Shown here in pieces: positions 63,378 to 64,000 of a stretch of 64,000 nucleotides of DNA. The translations under genes were made by a program, and so were the position numbers. The notes under the pieces are model-generated. The model had not been told where the DNA came from, did no database searches, and saw nothing but the letters and a program-made list of their open reading frames with translations. Position 1 is the first letter of the stretch, and each line of letters opens with the position of its first letter. The DNA is from Harriotta raleighana (Eukaryota): positions 4,317,963 to 4,381,962 of the forward strand of contig JBNZDD010013709.1 in assembly GCA_050575255.1 (NCBI GenBank), in the 5' to 3' direction.

Positions 63378-64000
63378 TCCACTCACCCCTGGCATGGCCA
63401 TTTTGCCATTTTAAGAGCAAAGTAAGCCTTGTGGAAAAACATACTGTCCAATTTAATAACGTTATACGGGTGGTGAGGTGGGGGGGATTGAATCCATAAT
63501 ATTCTGCCTCAGAGTGAACAAACTGAGCAAGCTAACAAACAAAGTGTAGTAATCTATTGAGTAAATACATATTCAATGAAGGTCTAAGTTAAAAATCAGT
63601 AGTAGGCCTTAAAGGTTTTATCTCTCCAAAGTGAAGGGTGCTATATAAATGAAAGTTATTGTTTTTGTCTGCAGTGAGTTCATTTTAGGTGATGCTAAAA
63701 TTGCTGTCAACAACTCATGATTAGGTAGAAGAAAAATTAGACCATGTTCTTGCTCTTCACCAGAGTCCAGAGATGTCTCAACTGGTTGGGTCAGTATCAA
63801 TGGATGACAGTGAAGGACGTAGCTAAGTTGTTTCTTCGGCAATGTAGAATAGACCACAGACTATTCACATGCCAATTAACTAATGCACTATTTGCTTATC
63901 TGCAAATGTAGATCGAATCCTACTAATGCCAACAATTGGCTCTTCATCCCATGAGACGACAATCCCATATTCATTTCCAGAAAGCCTTTGAGTGTCACAT

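Noticed and set aside
45844-64000. A downstream protein-coding gene
   Set aside because: Only repeats and short, non-recognisable ORFs; small exons of another gene cannot be excluded by eye.

Overview
Repeat-rich vertebrate genomic DNA. The repeat set (Deu-domain tRNA-SINEs, L2, CR1, Penelope-type elements) suggests a cartilaginous fish, probably a chimaera; this is an inference. The window holds the 3' end of a neurexin gene on the + strand, most likely NRXN1. Two exons are visible: the Cys-loop/heparan-sulfate exon (26470-26548, or 26557 via a second donor giving the 9-nt GGL insert of splice site 5, SS5) and the terminal TM/cytoplasmic exon (40592-40896, ending KEYYV), followed by a long 3' UTR. 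The most notable observation is in the SS5 intron, which appears to keep the complex SS5 layout known from NRXN3/NRXN2. It has a ~950-nt frameshifted, colinear remnant of the long proline-rich SS5 extension just upstream of the last exon (39641-40591). It also has a candidate stop-containing cassette/terminal exon at 37200-37324 resembling the NRXN3 soluble-isoform exon. Either could give TM-less neurexin isoforms. The mammalian paralog sequences used for comparison were recalled from memory and need confirming by alignment. The rest is intron/intergenic DNA with SINEs, L2/CR1 fragments, Tc1/mariner MITEs, a Penelope-type fold-back with a decayed hammerhead, two N gaps and two probable false duplications. 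Almost all ORFs in the supplied track are spurious.
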